Part shown: positions 1 to 11,479 of the stretch, piece by piece | Position numbering within the stretch: position 1 is the first letter of the stretch | Layout of the letters: every line of letters begins with the position of its first letter | DNA from: Octopus sinensis | Lineage: Eukaryota | Assembly: GCF_006345805.1 (NCBI RefSeq) | Contig: NC_043005.1 | Location: 70,432,001-70,496,000 of the forward strand | DNA: 64,000 nt | Direction of reading: 5' to 3' | The notes under the pieces: model-generated | What the model saw: the letters and a program-made list of their open reading frames with translations, nothing else | Told to the model about the DNA's origin: nothing | Databases searched by the model: none | Translations under genes and position numbers: made by a program

Positions 1-2033
1 TTTCTCTAGATGTATATATACGCATTCTAAACTACACACACACACACATACACACACACACAGACACACAAACACACAAACACACGCATATACACGCTTA
101 CACGCACACGTATACACACTTACATACATTGAATGACCAAAAATAAGTAAAATGCAAGAGAAACATTTTTTTTAACAATTGTGTTATTAGTAAAGCGCTT
201 GTACGGGACGGGAAAGTGCCTGTAACGTTTTGGCCCCAGTCCTTCGTCGGAGAAAAATGCCAAAGGGAGTAGAATGAAGAGGCTGAAAAGTATGGGCACA
301 GTGAGGGAGAGAGAGACGGAGGACAGGGTGAGAAGAGAAGAGGAAATTGAGATGGAAGAAGGAAAGGATTAGTGGTCCTGCGAGACTGCGTGCAGAGTAT
401 AAAGAAGCGGCAAAGAGAACGAGTCCGCCTAAACGTTAAAAATACATATGATGAAATTAGCAAAAAAAAAAAAGAAAAGGAAAAACACAGGTGGGACAAT
501 TTTTAACAAAAGTGTTTTTAGTATAACCCTTGAAAGGAATAGGGCGTTTAACCTTTCAGGGGCTAATCCTTTAGAATATTAAATTGATTTGCTTGCCTGT
601 GTTGGTATTTCATAGAACTATTGAGATATGGGGGATATTTTTCACTGTGAAATCAACGCATTTCAAACACTTCAATTTTTTCTACTTTAAGATTCCAAAT
701 ATATGTGCATCGTGATGTTGATTATTGATTTCTGGCTGCCAAACTATGAATAGTTGTTGCAGACCTCATGAGTCCGATATGGGCAATTTATATAAACCCG
801 ACAAAAAGGAGTCGATTGTTTAATATGTTTTATCAAAATACTTTCTTGGTGTGAAATCATAAATATGCTACAATTTCAGATATGTTTGTACTTGTACTTG
901 TGATTGATCTGATACTGATCTTTAAAAGTGTGTTAGAGTAACGTTCAATATAACGAAAGCTCATTTTCCGATAATTTTTATAAAATATTTTTGCTGTTAC
1001 AGAGAGCAGGGACATTCAAACTAAAGGCGAAAATTTTCCATCTACTGTGTATGTGTTATTGGCATCTGTCATGGTTGTAGTTTGTTTATTGTCTTTACAT
1101 TTGTCTAATTTTAGTAAATTATATTATTAGTTGTCACTGAAATTTTACAGCTTAGTTATATTAAGGCATTCATTTCCTTTTTCTGACATAAGACCACCAG
1201 GAAAGAGTGACATGTTCAGAAAATTTTCTCGATACAGGTCTAACTCATTGTGAGATATTTTTCGTGAGCCCTCTGCATAAAGTCCTTTAGTGCACAAACC
1301 TGTTCTCCATCAAAATCACTCATTTCCAAGAGAAAACTCATCACCGGAGGGGTTAACATGATATAAATGATCATAGGAAAGCAAATACTTTCGTGAATTC
1401 ATTATAACATTATCATCAGTGTCATTCATGTCTGTAAATGAATTTAAAAGATTAAACTTTCAGAAGTTAATGGGTTCCGTGGGGTGTAAAACGCTAGGAT
1501 TTCAAACTGAGTGAATTTACAATTATGATAATTCCCTTTTAAACTATTTGATTACCGATAATTATCCATATAGGATAACGCAATAGCTTAAATACGGGCT
1601 TAAAAGCTTCAGAGTACTAATTACATCAGGTATGTGATGAACCACAGCTTTAACATTGTGTATTCCAATATTATATATGCTTCCCTTAATAATCATTCCT
1701 ATTATTTGTCTAGAATCCGGAGCTAGTGTTCCTGCTTCTATATTTGTGTTTCTGATTGAGAATTTATGTTCGTTTGTATTACTTAGATCTTCAACAATTT
1801 AAAAAATTTTATAAAGTCAAAACAAAGCAAGTTATCAGAAACAATGCTTTCTGCTATCTGTTATAAATTACCAAGAATAATACAAGTCGATCGTTTGTAC
1901 TTTTAACTTATATTTCAATAATTCGGGCTAAGGAGACCTTCTTCAGTAAATCTTTGGAGAAGTGGTGCAGTGAGCAGACATCTCTTTTTGTAGTGTATGT
2001 TTAAACATATACTTTTATCTGTAAGTATATATG

Positions 2034-2092
<59 letters not shown>

Positions 2093-2288
2093 TAAATATA
2101 TATATATATATATATATAGATATATATATATATATATATATATATGCATGACCATAGTCAAATGACTCAAACTAGTAAAGGGATAAAGGGAAAGGGATAC
2201 AGACATATAAATAAATATATAATATATATATATATATTATATATATATATATATATAATATATATACAGACATATAATAAATAAATAA

Positions 2289-2347
<59 letters not shown>

Positions 2348-2833
2348 TATATAATATATATACATACATATATAAATATATATATATATACATATATAAA
2401 TATATATATATACATATATGCCAGAAAGATTTGCAATATTCAGGTTTTAGAAATTGAGGAATGTTATGCTAATTTTAGAATCCTACATACTATGATCTCT
2501 TAACAATATTTGCTTTCAAACTTTTCTGCTATTTTCTTCTGTGCTGAGGCACAAAATTTGAAATTTTATGTTTATCAGGTCTCATTATCCATGTTTAAAG
2601 GAAATACCATTTCAAAAATATATTCTATCACAGCATTCTCGACTTTTCGCATTTCTACATTTGATATTGATACATATGTGTGCTTGTGTGTATGTATATA
2701 TCTATGAGAGAAGAACAAGATGGACGCTTCATTTTTATGCTGTTGCCGCATTACGTCGTACGCGAATGAGAGGATTTGCATCCCCAACCAAGAATTTTTG
2801 ATGTAATAAATGTCCTTGAAGAAGTAGTTGTGC

Positions 2834-2911
2834 GCGGCTGAAGAAGGCCACAGACGCACATTATGCATTGTTATAAATCCGTCTAATAAAAGCCCGAAAC
2901 ATAAGTACCGC
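2834..2911 (+). ncRNA. Type-I hammerhead ribozyme motif (family 1)
   Basis: GCGG-CTGAAGA-(A)GGC...GCC(C)-GAAA-CATAAG-TA-CCGC. Helix I GCGG/CCGC is perfect, the core is intact, and the GUA triplet is at 2905-2907. Helix II has an A.C mismatch at its base and an inner AGACG/CGTCT pair. Confidence 0.75.
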
Positions 2912-2934
2912 TGAATCCTTGGCATCATGTATGT

Positions 2935-2984
<50 letters not shown>

Positions 2985-3382
2985 ATAGAGAGAGAGGGGG
3001 TTATGAGAGGTACTGCATACACACACATGTATATTTGCGAATTATATGAATGCGAAAAACCGAGAAACCAATGATATACATACATATATATATATATATA
3101 TTATATATATATTATATGCATATCTATCTCTCTATCTCTCTATCTATCTATATATATGTGTGTGTGTTTGTGTATATAGATATTCCTTGGTCCCTTTGCT
3201 TTAGGATATATAAGGCATGATAATATAAATATCATACCTTATATATCACGCATGATATTTATAATTTTGAAGTAGTCCATCATTCCTTGCAAATTCCATC
3301 ATTTTAAAATACTAGGAAATAATATGTATAGAAAGATAAATATGACAATATATACATGTATGAGAATGCGTGTGAACGTGAT

Positions 3383-3447
<65 letters not shown>

Positions 3448-3847
3448 GTGTGTATGTATATCAATGTACGTGAAAGCAGACAAACAATTCTATACCCAAA
3501 TAATTAATAGACAGATTTTTAAATAGATAAATTCTTTGATTGATCGATGTGTGTGTGTTAAGTCCGCGAATCTATCCACGTATATATCAATCATGAAATC
3601 TGTCTAGCAATTTATCTAACTTTAGAATTATTACCCTATCAATTTTTTCACACCGGCTCATATATACTTACAGCCTTATATGCACATACATACATAAAAC
3701 AACATACAAAAGTATAAATGCATACATAGAAAATATTTACACGCATTTGCACGTACGCATATAGACATACACACATATAAGTGCGTAAATACGTAAATAT
3801 GTGTATGTGTGCGAGTGTGTTTGTGTGTGTACTTATAACTATATAGA

Positions 3848-3878
3848 GGTAGATAGATAGACAGACAGACAAACAGAC

Positions 3879-3960
<82 letters not shown>
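3848..3960. repeat. (GATA)n/(GACA)n microsatellite
   Basis: Direct reading of the tandem tetranucleotide units. Confidence 0.95.
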
Positions 3961-4382
3961 ACAGACAGATGAAACAGTTATAGAGAAACAGAATTGTTTA
4001 CTTCCGTTATCTTACTCGGTTAATATTATGGCCGAACTATGGAATCTAGACAAAATATATTTTCTAGGTCCCCTTTTTCATTGTCAAGGAGAATACATTG
4101 GCAATTAGTAATTGTTACTATAATGTTTATATGCAATCAAAATCGAGGGCTGCAGCAGGAAATTGCACCATTTTGGTGTTATTATAAAGAAACTTAAAAA
4201 TAAAAGCCAGGTAAGTTTCTGAACAAAATGCACATAGATATATATAGTTCAATGTAAATTCTACTATACGATATTTATATTTGTGCGTGTACATGTGTGA
4301 ATATGTATGTGGGGCGGGGTGTTTGTGTGAGTGTGAATGGTGGTTGTCTATTCCTTATACAAAGTCTGACCATCTCCTTTAC

Positions 4383-6305
4383 CTACAGCTTAGATCCATC
4401 ATGGCAAATGATATGGCCTTTTAAACAAGACAACGTATTGAAAAGACACCCACATAAACTGCATATCGGATTTGGACCACTTAGGGCTGCAGTTAAGTTC
4501 CGATCTTTGTAGATCTTAAAATGTCTTTTGAGGCCTTCGTTACATTTGCAGACTTTATGGCATACATAACATTGAAAGGTGTGGACAGACATTTAGGCAA
4601 ATGAGATTTGAGCACAACAAAGAGAGGTTTGTTCTGTCACAAACTTTGCACACAAAAGGTCATGGTGGTTCACCTTCTCGATCGTAACACTATTTTAAAT
4701 CTCTCTTGAGTCCTGCATACGATATCCTGGCCACTTCAAACACCTTCACTCCACTCCACACTTTTGTTCGCCATCCAGCTCGATCCGAAACAAGGATTTC
4801 TATGTCCTCTAGAACCATTCGAAGTGACTTTATGGTAGTCCTTATCCCGTCCTTAAATCCCTTTTTAAGTTTACACCGATAGCGTTTCCCCTCTGCAAGT
4901 ACACCATTAAATAGCAGTTTGAGAGTGCGTTGATCCGGTATTCAAATAATATGGCCACACGATTTCATTTGTTTTCACATTGCTTTATTTGAATCATTGC
5001 TTTAATTGAAGTGATGCCTGCTGACGCTAAGACAACTGTGTTTACAATGCGATGAAGGAAGTTTTGGTGAAATTGCTAAAACAATTTGAAATGACTTTCA
5101 TAACATGTCCATATTTCAGAAGAATGCAACAGGGATGGTGAGACAAACGATTTGTAAAGAGCCGATTTTGTGTTATTTATATAACGTTGGCACCAAATGC
5201 GCGACTTCAAGCCACCAAATACTTGTGCACTCCTTTGAATTCGCAGATGTATTTCTGTGTCCAGATTTGCATCATATTGTACAGAGCTTCTAAGGTAGAT
5301 GAAAGAAACAACGAACTCAAGTAACTTACCCTTAACAATAAAAACTTTTGGAGCGCTGCAATCAGCACCACATGCAAGTTGATACGTTACAACTGTTTTT
5401 GTTTTTTAAGTTGATAGTCAAGCGAAAATCCTCCCAAGCTGAGTCAAATGCTGATACAAGAGATTGCAGACCTGTTTCAGAATGACTGACTAGATAGCAA
5501 TCGTGAGCGAATAAGAGTTCCCTAATGAGTGAAGTAAAAACGTTCGTTTTAAATTTTAGTCTGGTCAGATTAAAACATTTCCTGTTGTTCGAAATTTTGT
5601 GCAAATACCCTTCTCGTGGTTTTGAAAAGCGTGTGACTGCACAACAGCAAGTATATTGTAAAGAGGATGAGTACATAGAATATTGTAAAGAGAATGAATA
5701 CATCAAGGTCTCCTTGCTTTAACTCCATTTTCCACGGCAAAAGATTCAAACAACCTACCACGAACGTTAACTCTGGATTTCATAGCTTGATGCAAAGCCC
5801 TGATCATATTTACAAATTTTTCTGGGCAACTTATTTTCTTAAGAATTAGCTGCAGAGTATTTCGATCAACAATATCGAACGCTTTGGTTAAATCAATAAA
5901 GTAGTGGTATAGGGCAAGATCCTGTTCAATGCACTTTTCCTGAAATTGTCTGATAGTAAATATACAATCAACTTTGGAACTATGAAGGTATTTAAACGTT
6001 CTAACAGAATGCGGGCAAATACCTTTCCAACTACAGAAAGAAGCAAAATGCCACACAAATTACCACACAGATCCTTTGGCCCCGATTTATACAAAGAGAC
6101 TAAAATGGTCTCAATCCAGTATTGAAGAACTTTTTCAGTTCACCAACAGTTAAAAATTAATATACTTAAGAGTTCAAACATTTTGTCACCCCCAATATTT
6201 CAAGACCTCTTCACAGATTCCATCAAACCCTGGAGATTTATCATTATTCAGCTTATTCACAGCTAAATAGATGTCATTTAAAGTTGGTTCAAATGCCATC
6301 TCCTT
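4383..6305 (-). mobile_element. Decayed RTE-clade (BovB-like) LINE, 3' part: RT domain to C-terminus
   Basis: Minus-strand frames give KSPGFDGI, CGNLCGILLLSVVGKVFARILLERL, FIDLTKAFDIVDR, FNLTRLKFKT...RELLFAHDC (YADD-equivalent), GHII*IPDQR..LF.G.LAEGKR, DRAGWRTKV and C-terminal CxxC...H motifs. Many stops and frameshifts. Confidence 0.9.
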
Positions 6306-6357
6306 TACAACAGGAGGGTGATTTATACATATATATATATGCATGTGTGTGTGTGTA

Positions 6358-6411
<54 letters not shown>

Positions 6412-6412
<1 letters not shown>

Positions 6413-6800
6413 CCCACCGGAAAAATGGTCAACAAAGAGTACTTTACGGACGTTTTGATGGATTTCAGGGAGAGATTTCGCTGAAAAGGTGAGAGCAAAT
6501 GTAATAGTCCACAATTCAGTCCTTGTAACCAACTAATTAACACAGATGGACATCATGAATGTGTCTCACACATTCCCTTCCTTCCAGATCTTTCTCCATC
6601 TGATTTTGGGCTGTTCCTCAATCTGAAAGGAAAATTAAAGATGGCTGGGACAAGGGACCTGGACACCTTCACTTTAGATGACTTCCATGGGGCGTTCAGG
6701 AAACGGGTGGAGCACCACAAAAACTCACAGGTCTTACTTTCAAAGAGATGAGAGTTTAGCGCTTCCTCGAATGTCTCAAAAGTTCTGGAATGGACCTTGT
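6412..6800 (+). mobile_element. Mariner transposase remnant, C-terminal part
   Basis: GKMVNKEYFTDVLMDFRERFR, PFLPDLSPSDFGLFLNLKGKLK (YSPDLAPxDF-like) and DDFHGAFRK, followed by a TIR-like end. Confidence 0.8.
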
Positions 6801-7113
6801 CTTTGTGTTTTGTGTGTGTGTGCGTGTGTATGTGTGTATATATATATATGTATGTGTATATAATCATCATTATCATCATCGTCGTCGTCATCGCCATCAT
6901 CAACTCAGACTTCCGTTTTTGTAAACATTCACTCAAGTAAACATTTATTAACGACCGATCTACAACCGTTTATGAGTCTATCAGTCTCCCTTTCTATTTA
7001 CTTGCCACTCATGTTGTCATTATATCTGTCTGCATATTTAGCTAAACCTATATATAATTATATATACATACATTTCTATGTTTATATCTTTATTTAGTTC
7101 TTTATGAACACAC

Positions 7114-7153
<40 letters not shown>

Positions 7154-7865
7154 CTATCCATATGTTTTCTGTCTAACAACTCTTATTCTCAGCATTTTAT
7201 TTATATGCTTGTCTTTCACTCTATATGTGTATCTATTTCTTTCTGTATCTCCCTATTTACTGTTAACACATTTGTTTTTCGTCATTTGCTATTAGCTGAA
7301 TGTTTCCAAGAGAACTGTTACCAGTTTTTAATCATTTTTCCGTACTTCAAATTCCTTTTCTGCTTCCCAGTAATAACATTTTGAGAATATTCAATCAGTC
7401 GGCGCTTGAACTTTGCTGTAAACATCTTTCTATTTGAATTTATGCTGACAGAGAACTTTTAACTGGCATTTTAACAATATAACAAGCAATTCTGGTGGCG
7501 TCACTAAGGTCAGCTATACACAGTTGCCAGTTAATTGTTTGTTCCGTTTAAAATGTTAAGCTTTATTTCTTTCTCTTTGTTACTTTATAATATTATAGAC
7601 AAAATAATTTACTACACCAGGAAATACTGTGTGAATCCTACAGGGAAAATGAAACAGACTAAGACACCAACAATTTTTAAATCCATTGTCTGACCTGAAT
7701 CAATATTTCAGGTCAAACAACAGATATACATTTATTTACACTTTATTCATATTATTCATATATTTGTCTACACTATTCATTGCGAAGTAGATCAATGTTG
7801 CGTAATACCACCTTGGAGCTACGGATTATTCAGAAGACACAAGAGTTGATAGCAACAATTACTTT

Positions 7866-8422
7866 TGTCAGTACATCGACGGTTTGAAATTGACGTGTCA
7901 TATACTACTAAGTACCATGGAATCATAACGGGTTACCACTTTGACACGTTAAATAAATATAACTTACGTTTTTCATTAGACGACCGAGATGATATAAATG
8001 CGTACAAATATAAATTACAAATTTCCGGGCGCCGATGAAGAAGTGTTAGTTGTAATGGCAGCATATCAGTCCCTTCGGCTACGATCCCCATAGAATACGC
8101 TGCTTCTTTATTGCCACTATTACCTGACACTCTATCTCTCTGAGAAACCAGTTATTGCCTATACACAAAGTATATCATAATTACTGGTTCCTCGACCCAA
8201 CATCAACGGTTCATTTGGATGGTATTCATAACTCTCTGTGTATATGTATATATCCGAGTGTGTATGGATGAATGTAATTTATATTTGTACGCATTTATAT
8301 CATCTCGGTCGTCTAATGAACAACGGACGTTATATTTATTTAACGTGCCAAAGTGGTAACCCGTTATGATTCCATGGTACTTAGTAGTATATGACACGTC
8401 ATTTTCAAACCGTCGATGTACT

Positions 8423-8426
<4 letters not shown>
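7866..8426. repeat. Foldback element with 154-bp inverted arms
   Basis: 7866-8019 is the reverse complement of 8273-8426 with only a few mismatches. The spacer is 253 bp and the right end abuts (TA)n. Confidence 0.9.
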
Positions 8427-8457
<31 letters not shown>

Positions 8458-8460
<3 letters not shown>

Positions 8461-9185
8461 CACACACACACAGACAATCATATACATTGTGTGTATATAT
8501 GTGTTTAAATGTGTATGAATGTTTGTTTTATGTATATATGATATATCTGATATTTTCATGTAGACTGAGGAAGTAAAATAGATAATCATGATTGAAGAGA
8601 CAATCCTGTAGGAAAACAGATGCAAGGTAAAATCTGAAAAGAAGAAAATCATCACGTAATAGCATCTGGTAGAAAACAATCGGTATAATGTTCACAGATC
8701 TAGCTATTTTATTTAAGATTAACTTCAGGTCTTTCTGATGCACTTTCGGTCGTGAGCTGACAGTTCTGGGAACGACAAAAAAGACAAAGAAGGCTGAGAG
8801 AAGCATCAGAAATCTTTTTATTGACTCTAGAGAAAAAGAGAGGATTTTTCACTAGAAGTTAGAAGAAAATAAGCAGTGAGACAAGCTATCATTGCCAAAT
8901 CACCAAGTTGTGGGTTCGTGTTGAAATGCTCACAGTTAGTTGAATGCATTTGATGACTATCCCTCCAGGCCAAAAGCTAGAGTCATAAATATTTGTCTGA
9001 ACTTGCTGGCAACTGTACTGGATGTATCGAGATGTATTTAATAGCAAAGCTTGCTTCTCAGCGACATGGTTTCGAGTTCAATGCCACGACGTAGCACCTT
9101 GGCAAGTCCCCTCTACCATAGCTTCGGGCCAACCAATGCCTTGTGGGATTTGAAAGAAGCCCGTAGTGTATCCATATATATATAT

Positions 9186-9218
<33 letters not shown>

Positions 9219-9935
9219 TTGCACACACACACAGACAATCATATACATTGTGTGTATATATGTGTTTAAATGTGTATGAATGTTTGTTTTATGTATATAT
9301 GATATATCTGATATTTTCATGTAGACTGAGGAAGTAAAATAGATAATCATGATTGAAGAGACAATCCTGTAGGAAAACAGATGCAAGGTAAAATCTGAAA
9401 AGAAAGAAAATCATCACGTAATAGCATCTGGTAGAAAACAATCGGTATAATGTTCACAGATCTAGCTATTTTATTTAAGATTAACTTCAGGTCTTTCTGA
9501 TGCACTTTCGGTCGTGAGCTGACAGTTCTGGGAACGACAAAAAAGACAAAGAAGGCTGAGAGAAGCATCAGAAATCTTTTTATTGACTCTAGAGAAAAAG
9601 AGAGGATTTTTCACTAGAAGTTAGAAGAAAATAAGCAGTGAGACAAGCTATCATTGCCAAATCACCAAGTTGTGGGTTCGTGTTGAAATGCTCACAGTTA
9701 GTTGAATGCATTTGATGACTATCCCTCCAGGCCAAAAGCTAGAGTCATAAATATTTGTCTGAACTTGCTGGCAACTGTACTGGATGTATCGAGATGTATT
9801 TAATAGCAAAGCTTGCTTCTCAGCGACATGGTTTCGAGTTCAATGCCACGACGTAGCACCTTGGCAAGTCCCCTCTACCATAGCTTCGGGCCAACCAATG
9901 CCTTGTGGGATTTGAAAGAAGCCCGTAGTGTATCC
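8458..9935. repeat. Tandem duplication of 716/717 bp separated by (TA)n
   Basis: 8458-9173 and 9219-9935 appear identical except a 1-bp indel in gaaaaga(a)agaaaatc. Each copy ends in the 5' half of a SINE. Confidence 0.95.
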
Positions 9936-9966
<31 letters not shown>

Positions 9967-10250
9967 TACAATGTATGGAGGTTAGTTCCCAGGTGATCTA
10001 AACGATTAGGTATACGCTTGGTAAGTGCTGTAACGGATTACTTGGGCTACATATATAAGTGTGTGAGTGTCTGTAACATTGTGTCTGTGTTTGTCCCCTA
10101 CCATCGTTTCACGTCCGGTGTTGGTGTGCTTATGTCACAGTAACTTAGCAGTTTGGCCTAAGAGAGCAGTAGAATCAGTACTAGGCTTAAAAAGAAACTA
10201 AGTACAGGGGTCGATAACTTCGACTAAAATTCCTCAAGGTTGTTCCCCAC
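9805..10250 (+). mobile_element. tRNA-derived SINE family A, degenerate, with an interrupting insert
   Basis: B-box-like ggtttcgagttcaa, gcaccttggcaag core, and a 3' half matching the other family A copies. Confidence 0.75.
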
Positions 10251-10484
10251 AGGCGGTAGTTATGGAGCCATTGAAGATTTTCGATGCAGCGGTTATATAA
10301 TTGTTGCAGAGGACAGTATATATTGAGGCAATGCAAACATCTGATGTTGTGTGTATACAATATTATTATACCGGAGTAAACACATAAATGTGAAACAAGG
10401 TGGTAAAAAAGAGTACTCAAATACCAGTGGTAGAGTAATATGCTTTAGATGAAGTACAATATTATTATAGGAAGAAATTCAAAA

Positions 10485-10539
10485 TCTTACAGCTGTTTCT
10501 GGGATATCCCCGAGTATGGGATATTCCGTCATCAGAGGC
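10485..10539 (-). ncRNA. Type-I HHR motif (family 2, left arm)
   Basis: GCCT-CTGATGA-C-GGAATATCCC(loop)GGGATATCCC-A-GAAA-CAGCTG-TA-AGA. Core intact, palindromic helix III ACAGCUGU, GUA triplet, one helix I mismatch. Confidence 0.7.
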
Positions 10540-10805
10540 AAATAAGGAAAACGATAGGGAAAAAGAAAATGGTATATATTAATAAAATGACGACATAGAG
10601 GAAGGGAGTAAAAGAATAAGGAGATAGAAAGAAAGAAGAAAAAGAAGCATATAAGTTCATAGTTCAACTTTCCGGAGCTACAGAAACCTAAGGGCTCATG
10701 CTCTAGTTTCTATAACTTCGGAAAGTTGAACTATGAACTTTTAGGTTTCTTTTCTTTTTAATATTAATATATACCATTCTTATTTTCCCTATCTTTTCCC
10801 TATTT

Positions 10806-10861
10806 GTCTTTGATGACGGAATATCCCATACTCGGGTATATCCCAGAAACAGCTGTAAAAT
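10806..10861 (+). ncRNA. Type-I HHR motif (family 2, right arm; C3 to U)
   Basis: GTCT-TTGATGA-C-GGAATATCCC...-A-GAAA-CAGCTG-TA-AAAT, the inverted copy of the left-arm motif. Confidence 0.6.
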
Positions 10862-10949
10862 TATGAATTTCTTCCCGTAATAATATTGTATACAACTTGA
10901 GATGTTTACCTTGCCTTAATGTTTCCTGTCCTATTTAACAATTGCATAT

Positions 10950-11180
10950 ACATATAGAAGTGTGTGTGTGTTTGTAACATTCTGTCTGTGTTTGTCCCCC
11001 ACCATCGTTTCACGTCCGGTGTTGGTGTGTTTATGTCACAGTAACTTAGCCGTTTGGCCTAAGAGAGCAGTAGAATCAGTACTAGGCTTAAAAAGTAAGT
11101 ACAAGGGTCGATAACTTCGACTAAAATTCCTCAAGGTTGTGCCCCACCATGGCCACAGTCTAATGACTGAAACAAGTAAA
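10950..11180 (+). mobile_element. SINE family A 3' half, local duplicate of 10049-10250
   Basis: Shares private variants with the 10049-10250 copy and ends in gactgaaacaagtaaaa. Confidence 0.8.
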
Positions 11181-11219
11181 ACTGTTTAAATTTATGTATT
11201 TACGTTTCTGGGCAACAGC

Positions 11220-11315
<96 letters not shown>

Positions 11316-11325
11316 TATTATTATT
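11220..11325. repeat. (ATT)n(ATC)n compound microsatellite
   Basis: Direct reading. Confidence 0.95.
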
Positions 11326-11479
11326 TTGAAAGATACATTCAATACATGATTGTATTCTAGTTTAGTAGTTGAGTTCTTTCTTAACCTCTTCTCTCCTATG
11401 ATTCCCCAGCAGGTGTTTTCCAGCGGTGATGTTCCTATATTCTTTGCCTCAGTTCACAGTCTTGTTTCGTATGTGCTAC

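Larger units (their letters stand above)
10455..10890. repeat. Foldback element with one HHR motif in each arm
   Basis: Outer arms ~10455-10590 and ~10755-10890 (roughly 85-90% identical by eye). Inner arms 10653-10687 and 10706-10740. Confidence 0.9.

Noticed and set aside
98-499. 133-aa minus ORF and a GA-rich possible first exon ending cacag/gtggga
   Set aside because: Low-complexity antisense of a purine tract. Plus frames have stops and there is no independent promoter evidence.
1365-1425. CTGATGA...GAAA on the minus strand
   Set aside because: Helix I does not pair and helix II is weak, consistent with chance.
1574-1629. ag...cag/gtatgt exon-like segment (also donors at 4210, 35295 and 49709)
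   Set aside because: Stops in all three frames for this segment, and isolated donor matches are expected by chance in 64 kb.
1900-1950. CTGAAGA-AGG...CCCGAA on the minus strand
   Set aside because: GAAA is displaced and there is no helix I.
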